A stretch of DNA of 64,000 nt, taken from Mobula hypostoma. Taxonomy: Eukaryota. Every line of letters starts with the position of its first letter. Position 1 is the first letter of the stretch. Shown here in pieces: positions 25,978-39,430 of the stretch. Position numbers and translations under genes: made by a program. The notes under the pieces were generated by a model. The model was not told where the DNA came from. It made no database searches and saw nothing but the letters and a program-made list of their open reading frames with translations. The DNA lies in the NCBI RefSeq assembly GCF_963921235.1, contig NC_086108.1, forward strand, positions 24,242,001 to 24,306,000, in the 5' to 3' direction.

Positions 25978-26522
25978 TACATAGGACCCTGGTCAGACCG
26001 CACTTGGAGTACTGTGCTCAGTTCTGGCCACCTCACTACAGGAAGGATGTGGAAACCATAGAAAGGATGCAGAGGAGATTTACAAGGATGTTGCCTGGAT
26101 TGGGGAGCATGCCCTGTAAGAATAGGTTGAGTCAACTTGGCCTTTTCTCCTTGGAGCGATGGAGGATGAGAGGTGACCTGATAGAGGCATTGATTGTGTC
26201 GATAGTTAGAGGCTTTTCCCCAGGGCTGAAATGGCTAACACGAGAGGGCATAGTTTTAAGGTGCTTGGAAGAAGGTACAGAGGAGATATCAGGGTTAAGT
26301 TTTTGACACAGTGAGTGGTAAATGCTTTGAATGGGCTGCCGGCGATGGTGGTGGAGGTGGATACGGTAGGGTTTTTTAAGAGACTCCTGGATAGGTACAT
26401 GGAGCTTAGAAAAATAGAGGGCTATGGGTAACCTTAAGTAATTTCTATAGTAACTACATGTTTGGCACAGCATTGTGGGCTGATGGGCCTGTATTGTGCT
26501 GTAGGTTTTCTATGTTTCTACG
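25978..26522 (+). mobile_element. CR1 LINE ORF2 3' end and tail
   Basis: RTLVRPHLEYCAQFWPPHYRKDVETIERMQRRFTRMLPGL...LGLFSLERWRMRGDLIE; tail ttctatgtttcta. Confidence 0.9.
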
Positions 26523-26755
26523 TTTACTTTTAAGATTTTATATCCCGGCTAATGAAGGAGTGTACTTTCTTCACCTCTGTCAGTCTACATGTTACTACCT
26601 TAAGAGATCTTTGGACTGGTATCTCAAGTCTTCAGTGCTCCCGATTGCCTTGCCATCCATAGTAATATGTTGTAGCTGTTTCAGTAAACCCCAATATGAC
26701 ACTGCCCAATTAATATTATTATGATCTAAGACCGTTCTCTTTGCTATCAATAACA

Positions 26756-27045
26756 TCCTGATGAAGGGTCTCGGCCCGAAACGTCGACTGTACCTCTTCC
26801 TAGAGATGCTGCCTGGCCTGCTGCATTCACCAGCAATTTTCAGGTCAGTAGCATATATGGAAAAGAGTAAACAGCCAATGTTTTTGGCTAAGACCCTTCT
26901 TCAGGACTCCTCAGAACTCCTCCTCTTTCTCGGCCCAAAACATTGACTGCTTACTCATTTCTATAGATGCTACCTGATCTGCTGAGCTCCTCCAATATTT
27001 TGTGAGTGCACGCTTTGGATTTCCAGAATCTGTAGACTTTCTTGT
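26756..27045. mobile_element. Rearranged PLE terminal fragments (+,-,+) including a hammerhead core at 26758-26790
   Basis: CTGATGA agggtctcggccc GAAA cgtc gactg, then an inverted gacccttcttcaggact piece, then a further plus-strand terminus. Confidence 0.7.
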
Positions 27046-27199
27046 TAACTATCTGCATTCCTTTTCATCCACAGCAGTAAGTGGGCTTTCAATTGCTTCC
27101 ACAGTAAATGCTCATACAAACAATTGCATAAAAACATCTAACACCTGAAGATGCACAAAAATTCTGACAGTCCAACTAATGACTGTTACAGGAAATTGT

Positions 27200-28250
27200 T
27201 CCATTGTAGATCACAAAATACAGAAGTAGGCGTGGGCCATTATGTCCCATGTATTGCTCTGCCATTCACTGTTGAAGTAAAAGATAAGCATACTTTACAC
27301 TTCAGAATAAGTTTTCTGCAGTGACCCTATGTCCAATGCCTGTCTAAATATCTAACTATCTATTGATCACTGTCTCTAATGTATTCAGTAACTGTGCTTT
27401 CCAGGATGAAGAATAAAGGTCTATAAAGGATAAAGACCTCTTGGATAAAGAATACCAAATGGCTGACTCATTATTCTGATAACATAACCCCTGATTCTCA
27501 TTATCCTGCAAAGGGAAACATCGTCCCTGTGTCTATCCTATTGAGCCCCATATGTATTTTAAATATTTCTGTTACATAATCTCGTATCGCTCCAAGCGTT
27601 AGACTGCATAGGCACAGTTGGTTTAAGCTCTCTTCATGTGTCGGCACAGTTGGTTTAAGCTCTCTTCATGTTGCTATCGCTCCCTTCTTCCATTATTCAC
27701 TCCCCTCACCACTCCCAGTATCAATCAAATCTTTGCAAAGCTCCCTCATTCTTTCCTTGGGCATAGACACCAAACCTTTCATATTCCAGGAGCTGTCACC
27801 ATGGTTCTATGAAAACACTATAAGGTGGTTTTATTTTTCTTGTTAAATCATCTTGCAATGAACACAAACCTACTATCTGACTACCTGATTGCTTGCTGCA
27901 ACCTACAAACTTGTTCCCAGTTAGTCATGCAAAGGACACCCAGGTCCTTCTGAACACCAACATCTCTCATTACTTAAGAACGACTCTAACTGGACACATT
28001 TTCTATTGTTGACCTAACATTTCCATACTACATTCCATCAGCAATTTCTTGTTCATTCACTTATCGTGTCTATATCCCCTAAAACTACTCAACATTCTCC
28101 AGAGCTCCCTTCACCATCCAGCTTCATAGCACTAGAAAACCTGAATGTTTAAAGTGGACTCTTCACCCAGATCACTAATATAGATTACAAACAGATGGAA
28201 CTTAGTATCCACCCTGTGGTACTCTACTGTTTACAGCCTAATAACCTTAA
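27200..28250 (-). mobile_element. Highly degenerate CR1 3' region
   Basis: Similar to 29370-30100 (aggacacccaggtccttctg, ccatactacattccatc). Confidence 0.45.
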
Positions 28251-29369
28251 GAAGACCAGTACATTTACTGTCACAGTCATAGAGAAAAACAGCACAGAAG
28301 TGGGCCATTCAACACACTGAATCCATCAACAGCCCATTTACACTAATATACATTAATCATTATTTTAATTCTCTCCACATACTAATTAACTCTGTCTAAA
28401 TGTTACTACTCACTTGTACATGACAGGCAACATACTGCAGTCAATTAACTTACCAACTCATACGACTTGAGGATGTGGGAAGACAGAACCCAAAGGAACC
28501 ACACAAGGTCTTAGGGAGAATATGCAAACTCCAAGAAGATAGCATACAAGGCTTCCTATGCTGTGAAGATTAGTTCTAATATCTACACTAAATTTTCCAC
28601 TCTTTGCTTTCTGTCTACAAACCAATCATCAATCTATGTTACTGTGGTACTTCCAATCTTGTGATGCACCTTACAAAACTATGTTGAAGTCCAAATAAAG
28701 CATACAGTGCATTCACTTTATCTTTTTCTGTGCTTACGATCTCCAAACTTTATTATCACATTTGTTACATTCCTACTGTAACTGTGTGGTGACTCAGCCC
28801 AATCCTATTATTATGTTCTGGGTACCCTGTTATCACATCCTTCATCATGGATTTTTCTCCTTATGGCTACTGCACTGTATTTGACACAGTTACTCTGTTG
28901 TTATATCTGTCTCAAGCCACCTCTTAACATTGCTGTCTGATTAGTCGATTATAATCTCAGTTGGTTCGGGTATGTTCTATAAACGTTAACAAGTAAACAA
29001 TCTGAAGATAAAGAATCCTGCAAGATGAAAAACGAGTTCTGTTGATGCTAGATTTCAATGGCTGTGTCATTTTCAGGTTTCATCTGTACAGTGAATTGTA
29101 AACATCTTCACCTTGTTTCACCACTCTCCACTGATCTGTGAAGCAATCTACTGTTACTCACCCAGTCTAATATAGAACAGCCCATCCTCTCCAACAGAAC
29201 ATAACACCATGTATTTTATTGTCACAAAGAAATCATTATACGATGTCACAGAGAGTTTCTAAAACTATGGTATATAATGAAAATCCAGCAAAAATCCTGT
29301 TGTGCCCAGCAAAGCCTTCAATTTTCAATGCAAAACTCTTTAGACATTCTATGCTTCGTGCTTAGAACA

Positions 29370-30610
29370 CACAGGACAGAAACAGGTCCTTCAGCCCATC
29401 CAGACTGTGCTGAAATATTAAGCTGCTTCGACCCATCAACCTGCACCCAGATCACAGCCCTCTATATCCCTTCCATAATATGTAGTAGCTATACAATTTT
29501 TTCTTAAATGTTGGAATCGAACCCGTGTCCCCACTTCTGCTTGCAGCGCATTCCACTCTCTCACCATCCTCTGAGTGAAGAATTTTCCCTTCATGTGCCC
29601 CTTAAACATTTCCTTCTTTCACTTTTAACCCATTACCTCCCTCTTCTAGTCTCATGCAACCTCAGTGGAAAAACCCTGCTTGCATTTACCCTATCTATAC
29701 CCCTCATAATTTTAACTCCATCAAATCTTCTCTCATTCTTCGATACATCAAGGAATAAGGTCCTAATCTATTCAACCTTTCTCTATAACTCAAGTCCTGG
29801 TAACAGCCTTATAAATAGTCTCTGCACTCTCAGGAGTGTATACTGCATATATACTTAGATAATAAATGTACTTTGAATCTTTGAATCCAATGTCTTATAC
29901 AACTTCAGCATAATGTCCCAACTCCTGTACTTAACACTTTGATTTATAAATGCCAATGTGCCAAAAGTTTTCTTTATGGTGCTATCAATCTATGATGCTA
30001 CTTTCAAGAAATTATGGACCTGAATTCCAGATCTACCACACTATTCAGTCTGGTCCGTCCTCCCAAAGTGCTACACCTCGCACTTGTCCACATTACTTGA
30101 AAGTTGATTTCTCGAGCTTCCAGTAATCGCTCTCACCTTCTCCTTCACCATTCCCCATTCCCATTTCCCTCACTCACCTTATCTCCTTTCCTGGCCAACA
30201 GATCCCTCCGGTGCTCCTCCCCCTTCCCTTTCTCCTATGGCCTTCTGTTCTCTCTGATCAGATTTCCCCTTCCCCAGCCCTTTATCTCTTTCACTAATCA
30301 ACTTCCAGTTTACTTCACCCCTCCCCCTCCCAGTTTCATCTATCACTTACTAACTTGTTTCTCTTCGTTTCCTCCCCCAACCTTCCTATTCTGATTTCTA
30401 ATCTCTTTTTCCAGTCCTGATGACGAGTCTCAACTTTCTTCCATAGATGCTGTCTGACCTGCTGAGTTCTACCAGCTTTTTGTGTGTATCACTTTGAATT
30501 CCAGTACCTGCCAATCTTCTTGTTTGTCTGCATTAAATTCTATTTGCCATTTTTCCGCATGGTCCAGATCTCACTGCAATCTTTGATCATCTTCCTTCAT
30601 TTCCACTATA
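29370..30610 (-). mobile_element. CR1 3' fragment interrupted by a plus-strand PLE 3' end (~30100-30525)
   Basis: CR1 tail gaaacaggtccttcagcccatc; PLE tail ccagtcctgatga...ccatagatgctgtctgacctgctgagttc. Confidence 0.65.
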
Positions 30611-30619
30611 TGTGTCACA

Positions 30620-31330
30620 GGTAGAAAACCTGAGATCACAACCCTTGAGGTCCGGTCCTTTAAATTAGCTCTTAATTCCATGAATTCACTTTGCAGAACC
30701 TCGTCATACTTCCTACCCAGGTCATTGGTATCAACAAGGGCCATGACCTTTGATTGCTCACTTTCTCACTTAAAAATGCTGTGGACTTGATCTGAGATGT
30801 CTCTAACCCTGACACCTGGGAGGCAACATAATATCCAGCAAACTCATTCTCATCTACAGAACCTCCTGTCTGATTCCCTAACCAATGAATCCCCTATTAC
30901 TGCGGCTTGCCTACTCTTCCCCGTTGCTTTCTGAGCCACAGAGCCAGACTCGATGACAGAGAACTGACTACTGTGGCTTTCCTCCAACCCCACCAACAGT
31001 ATCCAAGGTGGCATACCTGTTGTTGAGGGGAAAGGCCACATGGGTGTTCTGAACTGGCAGCCTATCCACTTCCCCCTCTTGTTGGTCACCCAGCTACCTG
31101 TGTCCTGCACCTTGGGTGTATCTACCTACCTTTATGTCCTGTCTATCAACCCCTTAGTCTCCCAAATGATCTGGAGTTTATTCAGTTCCAGTTTCAATTC
31201 CTTGGCATGGTCTGAAAGAAGCTACAGCTGGATGCACTTCTTGCAGGTGTAATCTTCAGGGAGCCTGGAGGTTTCCCTGCCTTCCCACATCCCACAAGAG
31301 GAACATTCCAATATCCTACTTGGCATCTCC
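30620..31330 (-). mobile_element. CR1 ORF1 remnant (zinc-finger/leucine-zipper and SGNH esterase-like region)
   Basis: Minus-strand ECSSCGMWEGRETSRLPEDYTCKKCIQL*LL...ELKLEL and AAVIGDSLVRESDRRFC. Confidence 0.8.
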
Positions 31331-33653
31331 ACTACTCAAACTGTGCAATATGAAATAAAAGAAAAAAGAAAATTTAAAGGAAAAAAATCCACCTATAGCA
31401 TCTGCCTCACTGAAACCTCTATGAGCCAAAGCCTTAACTCCCCACTCTAACAAAGGCCACTCTGCTTAAACTTAGCTTCTTTATATTGATCCTTGCCAAG
31501 TGCCTAATTATGTCCAGCTAATTTCTCCTCAGGAACTGTGGCGTGCAGAAAGTCCTGACTGCTCCCACTCACCTCTCGTGAACTCTCTCTCCTGCTACAC
31601 AATCCACCTCCTCAAGAACTGTGGTGTGCAGAATGTACGATTTTTAAAAAATGAAGGTAAATTATATTTTAGCATGATATTAATGAGGAATTATGATTTA
31701 TTGTCACAGCAGAGTTTTTATTTAGCACCTTGTGCACCATATATGTGAAAAATATTGGTCTTAACATTCGTATTAGTCACGGACTGATAGCAAAATGTGC
31801 AGCTCCAACAGTTGTTTGATTAGAAAACAGGAGAAATCCTTTTCAGAAGAAAAATACTATTGTTAGGAAAGAATTAATGAAAATAATTGTTGCATCATGC
31901 ATTTCAGAAGCTGAAATTATTTTAAGCAACATATTTTCCAAATTAAACGGGAGTTATGCTCTGCTTGAAGTTATTTATATTTTGTAGATGTAATTGAAAA
32001 CTCTGTTCTCAATGGAAGTTTCGAGGATGGCTTACAATGACGGCAATGTAACTCACTGAATTATGTGTGATGTATTTGGAAAGTTTTTATTATCAACTTG
32101 CTGGCAAACTGCGGTTAGGTTTAGTCTCTCATACAGATAGTGAAATACTTCTGCAAATGATCTGTTCACTGGAAACTTACAAGGAAACAGTGCATTTGAG
32201 TTGTGCTTGAGTTTGAAGGGAATCGTACTTGCCTCTGTATGTTATCTCAATCACAATCAATAATTAAACAATTGTGAAAATCGAGCAACATTGCCCCATT
32301 CTGTGGGAGCCTGCAATGGTTAGAAATACCCTGCGACCAATTCACCTGCTCCTGTGGGTTGATGGAGCTGTACATGATGCCGACTCTGATGGAGGAGAGA
32401 GCATATATGGCTTCACTAATGCAGTGGTGAGGAACACACTTTGATACATGGCGTATATCAGCAAGTGTACGGTGGAAATATTCTAAGGCTGGGACACTGA
32501 GAGTGAGGGTGACTTTTCCTTCCTAAACATGAGCAGGGCAGCTGTGTTTGTCAGTTTCTAACTTTAGTTTCATTAGCTACACCAAAGTGAGGACTACCAC
32601 ATGGAAACATAGATTCTGGGATATTGCTGTTCCAACAAGTGTGGGTGCCTGTGGTGTTGGTACTGTGCACTTACAAAACCCTGGGCCACGTTCTCCATGG
32701 GCACTGTTTACCCCTGGGAAGTGACTTCTGAATGCCAGTGTCTTCCATGAACAGCCCTGTCATGCTGAGACAAATGGATGATGTACATCTGTGTTTCTTG
32801 ATAGCAAAGCAAAGGTACAAGGAAAGTCAGACATTGGTGTGAGCGGTGAGTGAGTCTGACTACCGATGAAAATTTAGTGCACGATCAGTCCTTGAAATAC
32901 TGCTGAGTGATCCAATAGTATTAATAAAGCTGCTTTGTTCATGAGTAAACAATGTTCATATTTTGCAGACAAATAAATGTTCTTATTGAATATTTTGCTT
33001 TGCAAGACTATTGACATTATTTGGGCATGGTCGATGCCAGGAAAAGCAGTGCCAGCAGGTAAAAAAATCTCAAAATGGCCAGGCATTAGTAGGCTGATGC
33101 ACAGACACAGAAAAATGAACGCAAAGTGTTTCACTTCATGCCGATGTAATTTTCAACCAAGCAACTATACTTTTTGGCAGTGTATAAATAAAACTCTTTT
33201 CTAGCTGAGGTGAGAGTGAAACTGGCTTCCACAGCTCCTGTTGCATCAGGTCTTGCCAAAGCTGGCACATTGAAGGAAATTGAACTTCTCTCACCCTTGA
33301 TTTCCTTTTTCAATGTCACACACTCAGCATAAAAGAACAATCTCTTTATATTTGTCATACATCAGTAAACCTGACCACTGAACCCTACCGTTTGTCGATT
33401 ACCTGAAGCTAATTGTGAAATTGAAGGGTGTTCTGTGACATGGAATGGTGTACAGCGAGAGTGGTATTGAAAGTTGCAATTACTTTGAAGCTTCCATGTA
33501 GAAAATATGCATTATTTGAATGCTTCCTGTGCCTGAAAAGTTTTTGCAATTTTAAATCACAATGATGCACTGGTGTATTATGAAAATGTTAGAGCGGTGC
33601 ACATTCAAATCGTAAAGCCACAACAAACCTGAAAATGATGTGTTTCTTTCATG

Positions 33654-33655
<2 letters not shown>

Positions 33656-33696
<41 letters not shown>
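33656..33696. repeat. (TA)n microsatellite
   Basis: Perfect TA run. Confidence 0.97.
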
Positions 33697-33705
<9 letters not shown>

Positions 33706-34830
33706 ATAATTTGTATAGTGCTTGTTCATTTTGATAGATTCCCTTTGGTGATTACTGGACAAGTATATTGTTTTTACAAGTTAATAGCAGAAGCCTTTTA
33801 CCTGGGAGTTCTTGGCATACTGGATATGTGCAAATAGCTGAGCAATTTCAAAAATAAAGTGAAAGTAAAGTGTATTAGATTTTTCTTTGTAGTTTCTCAG
33901 TTATGCATTTAAATTATGTTCCTCTTTATATCAAAACTCTTTCTAAACAGGATGCAACAAAAGGGTAAAAATATGACATAAATCACTTTTTTTACTTCAT
34001 GCAGACAGCTCCTGTGACTACATAAGGTCCACAGCAAGTATGGTACATAATCCATTGACAAGAGTCCCAGGCAATCATGATAATCAGACAAAAACTGTGG
34101 ACACTAGAAACCTGAAACAAAAACAGAAACAGTTGTAACTCAGCAGGTTGGGCAGCATTCAAATGTTCTTTCTATTAATGCTGCTTGACTCGATGAGTTT
34201 TTCAAATGTTTCCTGATTTTCAATCGTTATATATATCACTGTGACATTGATTTCTTTGGTCTACATAGATGAGGGTAAAAACTTTGTTATCTGCATGATG
34301 CATGGTTACCGCACTGTAGTAGCCAAAGTTTCAGAGATAGCACCAACACTGATTGGTAGAACTAAGAGAGTGGGTGACTGAAAGTGCAATATCATGGAGG
34401 CTCCCGGCTGATGGAGCATAAATACCAAGGGAGACAGTGGGCCAAGGCTTCTATTTCAATTCTGAGTCCTTGTTAATTTCACTGTTAATGTTTGTGTACC
34501 AATATGAGCCTGGATTCTTAAAATTCTTCTGGAGCTGTACTCTACATTAAACCAATTGAAAGTGAATGACTGTGCTTAGCCTTAGAATCATCAGTAATAA
34601 CATGCACTTTACTTATCTCTCTCTATCAAATGACTTTCAACCAGCCAAGCAAGACAGCCATGTGTTAAGTTACAGCTAAGTGTTAAGTGGTCGATAATTA
34701 ATTCTTGGTATATCTGTACTTGGCGTTCTGATGCGGAATGGTGTCAATTGAAATTAATCTTTAAACCCAATTAAATTAAATCTGGATGCACTTTTTACCT
34801 TGTATCAAAGTTTAAAGTACATTTATTATC

Positions 34831-37800
34831 TATGTGGTGGCATCCGTTAGTCTCGCGAGACTATGGATCTGCGCCTGGAAGGTCTTGCTTCAGTCTGTGT
34901 TAGAGCAGCGTCTGTTATGGCTGCAGAGGCCCACACGGGAGTGACAGTCTCGGCTGCAGTGACTGCACTTGAAGGCGCTGTCCTCCAGTGTTGTCTTGGT
35001 GCTGTTTTTCCGACGAGTGTGCTTTTCTTCAGCAGCAAGCCTCAGCTTTTCTTCTCCTCTTTTTAGACCTCTGAGTAGTTCCAGCCTCCAGTGAGAGCGA
35101 TCGCTTGCGATGTCCTCCCACCTCTCGACGTTCATTTTCAGTGACTTCATGTCTCTCTTGCAAACGTCTTTGAAACGAAGATGGGGCCGCCCTTGTGCTC
35201 TCTTGCTGGAGGCCAGTTCCCCATACAGCAGGTCTTTTGGGACCCTCCCATCGGACATGCAGTGTACGTGGCCCAGCCAGCGGAGACGGCATTGTTGGAG
35301 CAGGGTGAAGAGGCTGGGTATCTGGGTGTGGGCCAGGACCTCGTTGGTGACTCGGTCAATCCACGCGATGTCCAGGATGCGTCTCAGGCTGTGAAGGTGG
35401 AAGGCGTTGAGATGCCATTCTTGTCTGTAGTAGAGGCTCCAGGTCTCGCTGCCGTAAAGCAGTGTGCTGAGGATGCAGGCCCTGTAGACAGCAACTTTGG
35501 TGTGCATCGTCACCTTTCTGTTCTCCCAGACTCTCTTTCTCAGCCTGGCGAATGTCGAGACTGCTCGTCCGATCCATCTGTTGATCTCGGGGTCTAGGGA
35601 GAGGCTGTCCGTGATGGTGGAGCCAAGTAAGGTATGTAAACTCGTGAACTATCCCCAGCTCGTAGTTGTTGATGGTAATGACAGTGGGGTGCTCAGTGCC
35701 TTGGCCCAACACATTGGTTTTCTTCAGGCTGATGGTCAAGCTGGAGTCCTGGCAGGCTCTTGAGAAGCTGTCCATGAGGTGCTGCAGTTGCTCTTCAGAG
35801 TGTGTTGCCAGTGCCGTATCGTCTGTAAATAACATGTCCCTGATGAGTACTTCACGAACCTTGCTTTTCGCCCTTAGCCGGGACAGACTGAGCAGCCTCC
35901 CGTCCAATATGGTGTGGAGGTAGACACCATCAGTTGATGTTCCAAAGGCGTGCTTCAGCATGACTTCGAAGAAGATGCCAAACAGGGTGGGGGCAAGCAC
36001 ACAGCCCTGCTTTACACCGCTGCGGATGTTGAAGGTCTCCGATGAAGAGCCGTCGAACTGAATGACACCCTTCATGTCTGTGTGGAATGACTGAACTATC
36101 CTGAGGAGCCTCGGGGGACAACCAATCCTGGCGAGGATTTTGAACAGGCCGTCTCTGCTCACAAGGTCGAAAGCCTTCATAAGGTCAATAAAAGCGACGT
36201 AGAGTGGTTGTCTTTGCTCTCTGCATTTCTCTTGTGGCTGTCGAAAGGAGAAGATCATGTCGATTGTGGAGTGTTCTGATCTGAAACCGCACTGAGACTT
36301 GGGATATACCTTTTCAGCTATTTTCTGCAGTCTGTTCAGGGCGAAGACCTTCCCAACATAACTCAGCAAGGAGATTCCCCTGTAGCTGTTACAGTCGCTT
36401 CTGTTCCCTATATGGTGACAATATTGCAGTCTCTCATGTCTTGCGGCACTGCTCCCTCTATCCAGCACTGGCACAGTAGTTTGTGCAGATGGTTTTGCAG
36501 GACGCCCTTTGCGCATTTGATGGCCTCTGGTGGAATGCCATCCAATCCTGGTGCCTTCCCAGTGGGCAGGCTGTCAATGGCTTTACTCAGCTCTTCGGCA
36601 GTTGGCAATGCATCAAATTCCTCCATGACAGGCAGGCATTCCACGGTATCTAGCGTGCTGTCCGAGATGCTGTTTTTTCTGGAGAAGAGTTCAGAGTAAG
36701 GCTCCACCCATCTCTCCATCTGCTTGCCTTTGTCATTGATGGTCTCACCTGTTATGGTTTTCAATGGTGCTGTCTTGCTCTGGGTTGGCCCGATGGCTTT
36801 CTTGATCCCCTCGTACACTCCATGGATGTTGCCTGTGTCTAATGATGACTGAATGCATTCACATAGTTGTAGCCAGTAGTCATTTGCACAGCGTCTGGCT
36901 GTTTCCTGGGCCTTGCTTCTTGCTGTCCTTAGCGCTTGCAGTGTTGCCTGGGTGGGGTGGTGTTTGTGCTCTAGTAGTGCAACACGCTTCACCTCGATGA
37001 TAGTGGTGAGCTCACTTGAGCTCGCTTCAAACCAGTCCTGTGTCTTGCCCTGTTTCTTCCCAATGGCCTTGAGTGCAGTGCTGTGGATAGTGTCCCTGAG
37101 AGAGTCCCATCTTTGCTGAGCATCGCCTTCTGGTGGGTCTGCAAGGAGAGCATCCTCCAGTGACTTGAACTCCGCAGCTTTGTCTGGGTGTTGTGTTTTA
37201 CTGGCATCGATGCGCTGCTTGCCTGGAGGCTTGGCGCAGTGCATCTTCTTCGGCCGAAGTCTGATCTTGCAGCAAACCAGAGAGTGATCCGTGTCGCAGT
37301 CGGCACTCTGAAAGGAGTGAGTCATGAGCACGTTTCTCAGGTGATGGCGTCTTGTGATTATCAGGTCTAGCTGGTGCCAGTGTTTGGAGCGGGGATGCTG
37401 CCAAAACACTTTGTGCTGAGCTTTGGTCTGGAAGTAGGTGTTGGTGACACACAATTCGTGGAGCATGCAAAGCTCGAGCAGTCGTTGCCCGTTGTCATTC
37501 ATGCTACCAATCCCATACTGCCCCAGGCAGATTGGCCAGGAGTCGTGCTCAGCGCCCACTCTGGCGTTGAAGTCACCAAGTAGCAGCAACTGTTCCTGAC
37601 TTGGGATCTCCTGTATCATTGAGAGCTGGTCGTAGAACTCATTCTTTGCGTCTTGTGTAGAGTAACGGGTTGGGGCATAGACGTTGACAAGATTGACAGG
37701 CCCATCAGATGTGTGGAGTCGAAGTGAGAAAATCCGCTCTGTCCCTTTCTTACTAGGCCCTACCATCTTCAGCAACGAGTTCTTCATGGCAAAGCCGACA

Positions 37801-38669
37801 CCATGCTCTCTGGTCTCGTCTGAGCCCTTCCCCTGCCAGAAGAAGGTATAGTCTCTTTCACGTAGGGGTCCTGATTCTGCGAGATGTGTCTCTTGGAGTG
37901 TTGCGATGTCCACTTGGAGTCTCGACAGTTCACTGTTAATCACTGCTGTTTTGCGAGTGTCACTGATCTCCCAAAGGTCATCTGATATGCCAGTTGTCAT
38001 GGTCCGTATATTCCAGCATCCTAGTCTGAGTGCTGGCTTCTTTCTTTGTCTTCTAGTTGTGCTTGGCGCAGCGTTTACAGTCTGCAGTTCGGGCTACTTG
38101 TATCCCTAAGCCCCACACACTCAGTGGAGCGGGCGGACTGTGGCAGGACAGCACCTAATTGGCTGGGGGCTGCCCAGTTTGAGGTGGGTGGTAGCTGTCC
38201 AGTGAGACGCGATGGTCTCTCCCTCCGTCGAAAGCAACCCCTGGTGCCTTGCTCTACGCCAGTCGATCGCAGGCTTATAACCGGTAGACTGCTGCTTTCC
38301 GTGTTGTGCCGTCGCAGTGAGGCGACGCTGGAGTGTCCTCTCCAGGGCGCAGGCCTGGGCAAGGTTGTATGGAAGACCGGCAATTGCCCATGCTGCAAGT
38401 CTCCCCTCTCCACAACACCGATGTTATCCAAGGGAAGGGCAAGGGCCGATACAGACTGGCACCAGTGTCATCGCAGGAGTTGCCAGAACGAGGTTGAAGC
38501 CAATGTCGGACTGCCTTAGGGACTCCAGCTCCGGATTTGTCCTCAGGGTTTACTCCCAAAGCCTTTCCCATCAGTGGGTATGGCCACAAGGAAGCCAAGG
38601 TTTGAAATCAGAGTTTTCCCTCTCTTAGATGGACTGCCTTCCCAGGCTGGCGAGCTCCATCTACCCGAA
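34831..38669 (-). mobile_element. Full-length RTE-clade LINE
   Basis: 10-bp TSD atttattatc at 34821-34830 and 38670-38679; long 5' UTR followed by a single APE-RT ORF. Confidence 0.93.
34890..38000 (-). pseudogene. RTE APE endonuclease-reverse transcriptase ORF, disrupted by frameshifts near 36410 and 35630
   Basis: APE motifs (W)NIRTM, LQETH, VYAPT, LLGDFNARVG, TDHSLV; RT motifs YRGISLL, FIDLMKAFD, GVKQGCVLAPTLF, LFTDD; C-terminal LRWLGHV and FKCSHCSRDCHSRVGLCSH. Confidence 0.9.
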
Positions 38670-39430
38670 ATTTATTATCAGAGTATGTATATAGCATACA
38701 ACCCTGAGATTCATTTTCCGGGAGATAGCCAAAAAACAAAGAAACACCACAGAACCGTTTAAAGAAAAAGACTATCAAACATCCAATATGCAAAAAAAAA
38801 GAATCACACTAACAGCAAAAAGCAAGCAAATAACTCAGAGAACATTAAACATCAAACCGCAAAGTCCCCGAAATGGTCCTGTAGCCACAGCCGCTGAGTC
38901 AGTCAATTCAGCACCATGTTGATAGCTGCAGCTCCATGCCAAACAACACAATCAAATTATGCAAATAGTTAAAAAGAGCAAAGACAAACACATGAAACAA
39001 GAACTGCAGAGTCTACAGCCACGGAGTGCAGTCAGCACTGAGGTTACTAGACGTGGAACTGCAGAGTCTCACAAAAATGAGTCCACAGCCACGAACCTCC
39101 AAGGCAATTGAACCTTGCAGCATGGGAATTAGGATTCCTGCACCTTCTGCAGGCAGCAGCGAGAGGGAGACTGGTCAAACACAGGCAGATGGAGCTGAAC
39201 ACCTGTTTGTTTTCTGCTCATGTCCTCGTCAACTTTAATCTTGCTTGATTCTTTAATTGGTGTAGAGTAATGGAGCAGGCCACAGGTTCGTGTTCTGCCA
39301 TTAGGGATCAATGGCTGTCCCTGCTCACTCCACTATCAATCTCACTGAACTCCCCAGGACATCGCAAAAGCGGGCCAGATCGCTTAGCTGATCCTTAAAA
39401 TAGAAAATGCAGGCTGCAATCGATACCAGT
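38670..39430 (-). repeat. Unclassified interspersed repeat hosting the RTE (other part at ~34805-34830)
   Basis: aaagtacatttattatc continues after the RTE; the same terminus occurs at ~6710-6740. Confidence 0.45.

Noticed and set aside
33640..33837. ORF with YIYIYI repeat
   Set aside because: Translation of a (TA)n microsatellite.
35029..38628. Many overlapping alternative-frame ORFs in the RTE (and in the PLE at 46500-49100)
   Set aside because: Shadow ORFs of GC-rich transposon coding sequence.
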